Of a stretch of 64,000 nt of DNA, positions 59,309 to 64,000 are shown piece after piece. The notes below the pieces were generated by a model. That model saw nothing but the letters and a program-made list of their open reading frames with translations, was not told where the DNA came from and made no database searches. Numbering within the stretch: position 1 is the stretch's first letter; the number at the start of each line of letters is the position of its first letter. The stretch is from a virus. Taxonomy: Duplodnaviria; Caudoviricetes. The translations under genes were made by a program, and so were the position numbers. Where the stretch lies: positions 7,259 through 71,258 of IMG/VR virus record IMGVR_UViG_3300032038_000061; one strand, 5' to 3'.

Positions 59309-60820
59309 TTAAGATTCTTTTTGTTTAGTAAGAGCATATAATCCATTAAGACATTCTATTTTAACCTCATATACAGTATCACAACTTGGTTTGATATTGT
59401 ATATCTTAGAATACATTAATTCTTCCGCACGTTTATTAGCCTCATCAGACCATATACCAATACTCTTTACGGTATCACCATCATAGTCACCACCAATAGC
59501 AACGAGTCTACTGTTTGAAGGAGTAATTACATCAACAAATGATGTTGAAACACGTCCATGTGGTAAATCAGGATCTATGTTTGGATAAGTATTATAGGTT
59601 TCTCCATTGAATTCAATCTTAACAGTATCGACAGTTGATAATATATGTACTTTTGTAAAGAAAGCACCTAAGTAAGTACCAATAGGATATCGAACAGTAT
59701 AAACCATTCTATCAGATCTTATGATGGCATCATAGCAGCATAAATAAATTGCATCAGTTAATGTCAATGGACGTGTCTTAGTTTCATTCTTTGTTAAATC
59801 CAAATATTCCATCATAATAGGAAGGGTGTTTTCTGGGTCAAGATATAGTTTTCTAAAACGAGAACCTGGGTTATTTAGAAATATATCAATTAAATCTTCA
59901 ATCATTTTATTATCATAAATATTCGAAATATTATTTGATTTAACTTCACTTGGATTATTATGAATATTTTGAATATTTGAAAATGATAAGAATTGTTGCA
60001 TGTAATACTTGACAAATGGTTTGAACATTGCAACACAAGAGATCAATGGATATCCTGTACGATAGATTCCTATATTGGGAGTATCTGTGTTATAACGTGG
60101 GGCTGATATAACGTTTCTTACAGTAAACATAGTTGTTTTTGCAAGTAGATGTTTTTGAAAGAACCCATTCTTTGAACCAACATAATCATGAATGTAAGTA
60201 TATATATTCATAACAGCATCTTGGAATTTTGCATAAACCTGATAAACATTTGATGTTGTATGAGCTGTTACACTCTTCAATCCTAAGATATGCATATACA
60301 AGGAATTCAATTCATTCTTAACCTGTTTACCATTTCTAACACCAACAGGACGGAATTCAGGTGGTAATACTAATACTTTATCATTGAATATTAATCTCTT
60401 TGGAGATTTAGTTAAGATATCTATATTCTGTGATGTACGAGTATTGAGAGTCTTCCTTATATCAATCTGCTCCCATATATCATATAAGTCTTTTAAACCA
60501 CAATACTTACCTTCTTTATCAGCAACCAGGACACCATCAACAATATTACATTTAGTCTCTCCATAAGCCATCTTACGTATAATACCGCCTGAACGTGAAA
60601 TTATTGTTTTCGCAACATCAGGATTGAAAACATGTACAGGTAGTTTTATATAACCACATCTGTATTTTCTTTCTTCAGTTGTCTGACCAAATATCTCTTC
60701 AGAAAAAAGACCTTGTGAATTAAACAAGTTTTGTGCTCTGTAGATCTGTTGAGATGTTACTTCTTTCAAATCGTTTGTTTTTATAAAACGATCAATATCA
60801 AATAATTCAATAACTTTCAT
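59309..60820 (-). CDS. rpoC: Phage multisubunit RNA polymerase beta' subunit, N-terminal part with the catalytic motif
   Basis: GLFSEEIFG, VLPPEFRP, KNGFFQKHLLAKTTMFTVRNVIS, VRYP, GGDYDGD (NADFDGD equivalent). Confidence 0.9.
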   Translation of the reverse strand: MKVIELFDIDRFIKTNDLKEVTSQQIYRAQNLFNSQGLFSEEIFGQTTEERKYRCGYIKLPVHVFNPDVAKTIISRSGGIIRKMAYGETKCNIVDGVLVADKEGKYCGLKDLYDIWEQIDIRKTLNTRTSQNIDILTKSPKRLIFNDKVLVLPPEFRPVGVRNGKQVKNELNSLYMHILGLKSVTAHTTSNVYQVYAKFQDAVMNIYTYIHDYVGSKNGFFQKHLLAKTTMFTVRNVISAPRYNTDTPNIGIYRTGYPLISCVAMFKPFVKYYMQQFLSFSNIQNIHNNPSEVKSNNISNIYDNKMIEDLIDIFLNNPGSRFRKLYLDPENTLPIMMEYLDLTKNETKTRPLTLTDAIYLCCYDAIIRSDRMVYTVRYPIGTYLGAFFTKVHILSTVDTVKIEFNGETYNTYPNIDPDLPHGRVSTSFVDVITPSNSRLVAIGGDYDGDTVKSIGIWSDEANKRAEELMYSKIYNIKPSCDTVYEVKIECLNGLYALTKQKES

Positions 60821-60877
60821 TATATCATTCCTTTCGATAATTAAAATTATCTCCTCGTTTTATAAAATATGAATGTT

Positions 60878-60907
60878 TGTATTGGGTCCCATATGGGACC
60901 CAATACA
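60878..60907. repeat. Perfect 30-bp palindrome TGTATTGGGTCCCATATGGGACCCAATACA
   Basis: In the divergent intergenic region between rpoC-N and gyrB. Confidence 0.85.
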
Positions 60908-61132
60908 TTAATATGAAAAGAAAGGAATTATTTGAGTTGGAAATGAGCAGAACCAACTCAAACGCAAATGGAGGAAAACGCATATCAAATCGAATGTACA
61001 CAGATAATGTCAACGGCGACATCATGACATCTGGTTCAATATGAACTTATGATTTTGTATAAATCATAGATATATTATTTTCATGCAGGTCAGTATAACT
61101 ACTGAATGAATTAATTTAAAGGAGGAATCATA

Positions 61133-62866
61133 ATGTCTAGAATTAAAGACGATTCATTTTATGTCAAGAAAAATGACATAGACGCAATTAGGAAGAGACC
61201 TACGATGTATATCGGAAGTCTTGGTGATACGGGGGTATTTCATCTATGTAAAGAGTTAATAGACAACAACAATGATGAATGTATCAAACCAAATTCTCCT
61301 GGAAACAGAATACACATCGAAATCACTGACAACTACATTAAGTCAAGAGATAATGGTAGGGGTATTCCAACTGATATGTTACGTGTTATTCATGAAACAA
61401 GTCAAGCTGGTTCTAATATGACACGTGCAGGTGGTTCAACTAAAGGTGAAAATGGTGTTGGTACAACAACATACACTGCAATGAGTTCGTTTCTTGAAGT
61501 AACAACCTTACGTCCAACTGAAAAGAAGAAACTTACTTTACGTTACAAAGAAGGAGAACTTGTTGATTCTGTTCTTGAGGATTATCAAGGAAAAGAAAGT
61601 GGTTTGATAACAACTTTCAAACCTTCAAAGAAAGTTCTTGGTACTGATAAGATACCTGTTGAAATGTTGCGTCAATGGTTGACAGAATTCAATTATACTT
61701 TACCAGAGGGAATAATAATGACGTATTCAATAAATGGTAAAGAAACTCAGGTTGAACATAAGGAACTTTATCAATTCTTTGATGATGAAAATAATGACGT
61801 AATAATCCCTGAGGATAGTAGATTGTGTGATAATCTTATATTCACTTGTAAGGGTTCTTTAGTTGAAGAAGTCCTTGGTAAAAGTTATGATAGAACGTTT
61901 AAGATTGATGCTGTAATAACATATGCAGACCCAGATAAATACAAAGGTGAAGATATCAGACATTCTTGGATGAACATGATCCATACGTCTCAAAATGGTG
62001 ATCATGTCGATGGTGTTATAAAAGGATTCTCCAAATATATCAAAGACAGAATTGTTGTAAAGAACAAACGTCTTGAAGGAGTGAATCTTAAACGAGATAT
62101 TGAATCACATATGTCAATTGTTGTTCGTGGAACATGTAACTGTGCAAACATGTTCTCAGCTCAAGCAAAACAAGCTGTACTTTCTAAACAACTCGGAAAG
62201 GCAATTGAAGAAGCAACTATTGAAGCTTTGGGTGATTTAAACAATGGAGTTATCAATGAAATTGTGGATGTAATAATAGGAAACTACCGTGCTCGTATCG
62301 AAGGAGAAAAAGCACGTAATATTACGTCGACAACAAAAGCATTGAAGTCTTGGCAAAAACCAGATTCATATTATCCATGTTCATCTATCAAAACAGAAGA
62401 ACCAAAAGAGTTATTCTTAGTTGAAGGAAACTCTGCAGGTGGTGGTTTACGTAGTGCAAGAAATGCAAAGTATCAAGCAATCTTACAATTCAGAGGTAAG
62501 TCATTGAATGTATGGGATGTTCCACTTGAAAGAGCTTTGGAAAGTAAACCTTGGTTGAATCTTGTTAAGGTATTAGGTTGTGGAATTGGTCCATCATTCG
62601 ATATAAAGAAACTTAACTTCGATAAAATCATCATAGCAACTGATGCTGATATTGACGGGTATCATATCAGAGTTGGTTTCTGTGCATTCTTTGTTAAGTA
62701 CCTTCCTGAGATTGTTCGTGCAGGAAAATTGTATATTGCAGAACCGCCACTGTACAAACTGTCGAAAGATAAAGATGTTTATTATGTAGCATCTCAAACA
62801 GAGTATCTCCAAACATGTATTGATTCAATAGGTGACATGGAGATATCATTCCCAAATATGAAGTAA
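61133..62866 (+). CDS. gyrB: Type IIA topoisomerase GyrB/ParE-like subunit, ATPase plus most of the TOPRIM domain
   Basis: IRKRPTMYIG, ELIDN, DNGRGIP, GENGVG, LVEGNSAGG, RGKSLNV, ATDADIDGYHI, EPPLYK. Confidence 0.9.
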   Translation: MSRIKDDSFYVKKNDIDAIRKRPTMYIGSLGDTGVFHLCKELIDNNNDECIKPNSPGNRIHIEITDNYIKSRDNGRGIPTDMLRVIHETSQAGSNMTRAGGSTKGENGVGTTTYTAMSSFLEVTTLRPTEKKKLTLRYKEGELVDSVLEDYQGKESGLITTFKPSKKVLGTDKIPVEMLRQWLTEFNYTLPEGIIMTYSINGKETQVEHKELYQFFDDENNDVIIPEDSRLCDNLIFTCKGSLVEEVLGKSYDRTFKIDAVITYADPDKYKGEDIRHSWMNMIHTSQNGDHVDGVIKGFSKYIKDRIVVKNKRLEGVNLKRDIESHMSIVVRGTCNCANMFSAQAKQAVLSKQLGKAIEEATIEALGDLNNGVINEIVDVIIGNYRARIEGEKARNITSTTKALKSWQKPDSYYPCSSIKTEEPKELFLVEGNSAGGGLRSARNAKYQAILQFRGKSLNVWDVPLERALESKPWLNLVKVLGCGIGPSFDIKKLNFDKIIIATDADIDGYHIRVGFCAFFVKYLPEIVRAGKLYIAEPPLYKLSKDKDVYYVASQTEYLQTCIDSIGDMEISFPNMK

Positions 62867-62966
62867 TATGTTGGGGGGCAATTTCGCCCCCAACATATTT
62901 ATATTATTCTTATGGAACACTAAGTATTACAACAAATACGTTTTGTATTAATAGGAGGAATCTAAA

Positions 62967-63602
62967 ATGAAGAACCCAAACGTTAAGGAATTTGTATCAG
63001 ATGCTTTTGATTACTTAAACATACTCAATGAATGTAGTGTGCAGAGAAGTGTCAATAGATACTTACTGGAATACATTGCATATGGATTCACTAAGTATGG
63101 TGATACCACTGAAGCATTCATTGATAATGTAGATGCTTGGATTAGAATGTTGGTGAAGATATATCCCGAATTAGGATTTGATCATACAACACATCAAGTC
63201 AAAGCAACAATTGATCTTCAGGACCAGTTGGTTGTTATTGATAATGAACTTATCGAGGATTTAAGATATATCATTGATATTCAAACCAGATACGGTTTAT
63301 TGATAACATATTCATCAAAGAAAGGTAAGAATACAACAACAATCGCACATTTCTTCGAATATATTGAAGATATGTATCCGATAATCAAAGACCGTTATAA
63401 AGGTCTTGGTTCATCTGCGGCGATTGTATCAAAAGAGGTGATTATGGATCCGAAAACAAGAAGACTCATCAGAGTGTCCATGGATGATTTGGATACTATG
63501 AAACGAATGGGAGTTCTTGTTGGAGATGGAAAGGATAACAAGAATGAGCGAAAAGAATTGTTAATGAATTTCAAATTCACAATGGATATGATTGACAATT
63601 AA
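62967..63602 (+). CDS. gyrB: GyrB/ParE-like subunit, separate C-terminal part
   Basis: RYKGLGS, IMDPKTRRLIRV, LVGDG...ERKELL motifs; AGGAGG SD. Confidence 0.85.
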   Translation: MKNPNVKEFVSDAFDYLNILNECSVQRSVNRYLLEYIAYGFTKYGDTTEAFIDNVDAWIRMLVKIYPELGFDHTTHQVKATIDLQDQLVVIDNELIEDLRYIIDIQTRYGLLITYSSKKGKNTTTIAHFFEYIEDMYPIIKDRYKGLGSSAAIVSKEVIMDPKTRRLIRVSMDDLDTMKRMGVLVGDGKDNKNERKELLMNFKFTMDMIDN

Positions 63603-63627
63603 AAATGGATGAATGGAGGAAATTGAT

Positions 63628-64000
63628 ATGAATTATAATATCAATACAGACGTTAACGAATCTGAATTTGAGGACATCAGAGCGTATAACGAAATCACAG
63701 ATGAAAAGACAATACACGAATTATTGGGAGATATAATTATACTCAATAGATATAAGAATAACTTCCAATACTTGTTCAATCGTGTTGTAGATGTTGCTGC
63801 ATTGTGTTGGAACAATCGTGATGAAAATGGGAAGAAACTTCAAAAGACCTTAATCAAATTTAAGGTTGATATTGAAGATCCCCAAACAAGAATTCTCCAA
63901 CTCAATAGATTCATGATTAGTTTATGTTTCTTGAGACCTGTTTATGAATACTTGGAATTCATTGATATCGACAAATTCCTTGTCGATGATTATATGTCCA
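63628..64000 (+). CDS. Hypothetical protein, N-terminal part (runs off window end)
   Basis: GGAGG SD; hand translation MNYNINTDVNESEFEDIRAY... stays open to the window end. Confidence 0.8.
   Translation, partial: MNYNINTDVNESEFEDIRAYNEITDEKTIHELLGDIIILNRYKNNFQYLFNRVVDVAALCWNNRDENGKKLQKTLIKFKVDIEDPQTRILQLNRFMISLCFLRPVYEYLEFIDIDKFLVDDYMS

Noticed and set aside
60825-61044. 66-aa - strand ORF and 43-aa + strand ORF (60913..61044) in the divergent intergenic region
   Set aside because: Neither has a convincing SD. The region holds a 30-bp palindrome and a TTTGAGTTGG/CCAACTCAAA hairpin, so it is more likely regulatory.
3180-63815. Numerous short opposite-strand or alternate-frame ORFs in the track (e.g. 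10768..11067, 15167..15616, 30757..31107, 33030..33392, 39590..40075, 55751..56155)
   Set aside because: They lie fully within longer motif-bearing genes, lack SDs and show shadow-ORF composition.
1-64000. tRNA/tmRNA genes, group I/II introns, inteins, stop-codon reassignment
   Set aside because: No T-loop GTTCRA cloverleaf seen. RNAP, terminase and helicase ORFs are uninterrupted and of plausible length. TAA, TAG and TGA all terminate genes cleanly under the standard code.

Overview
The window is a segment of an AT-rich jumbo myophage genome of the phiKZ/AR9(PBS1)-like type. Strong AAGGAGG Shine-Dalgarno sites suggest a Firmicutes (Bacillota) host, which is an inference. Core genes are three split multisubunit RNA polymerase subunits (beta-N, beta-C, and beta'-N carrying the DxDGD catalytic motif), a tubulin/PhuZ-like GTPase, a GroEL-like chaperonin, DnaB-like and UvsW-like helicases, an SbcC/Rad50 ATPase and a GyrB-type topoisomerase subunit split in two. 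Virion genes include the large terminase, a probable portal, tail sheath, tail tube, tail chaperone and baseplate genes. I saw no tRNA, rRNA, CRISPR array, intron or intein. The most unusual signals are: (1) three Q/N/P/Y/G-rich prion-like proteins sharing (D)SRR and GYG motifs, one directly upstream of a Zn-ribbon protein kinase and near a chaperonin and a degenerate helicase, which may be a phosphoregulated condensate or replication-factory module; (2) several structured non-coding cassettes, namely two paralogous closed-end RNA units at 26.1-26.6 kb and a leader RNA + basic protein + ~270-nt structured RNA unit at 57.2-58.1 kb; (3) a tandem HU-like protein heading the tubulin operon; (4) a gyrB split with features recalling T4 gene 60 ribosomal bypassing; (5) a family of loopless GC-rich palindromes. 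Product calls come from motifs read by eye; no database search was run.
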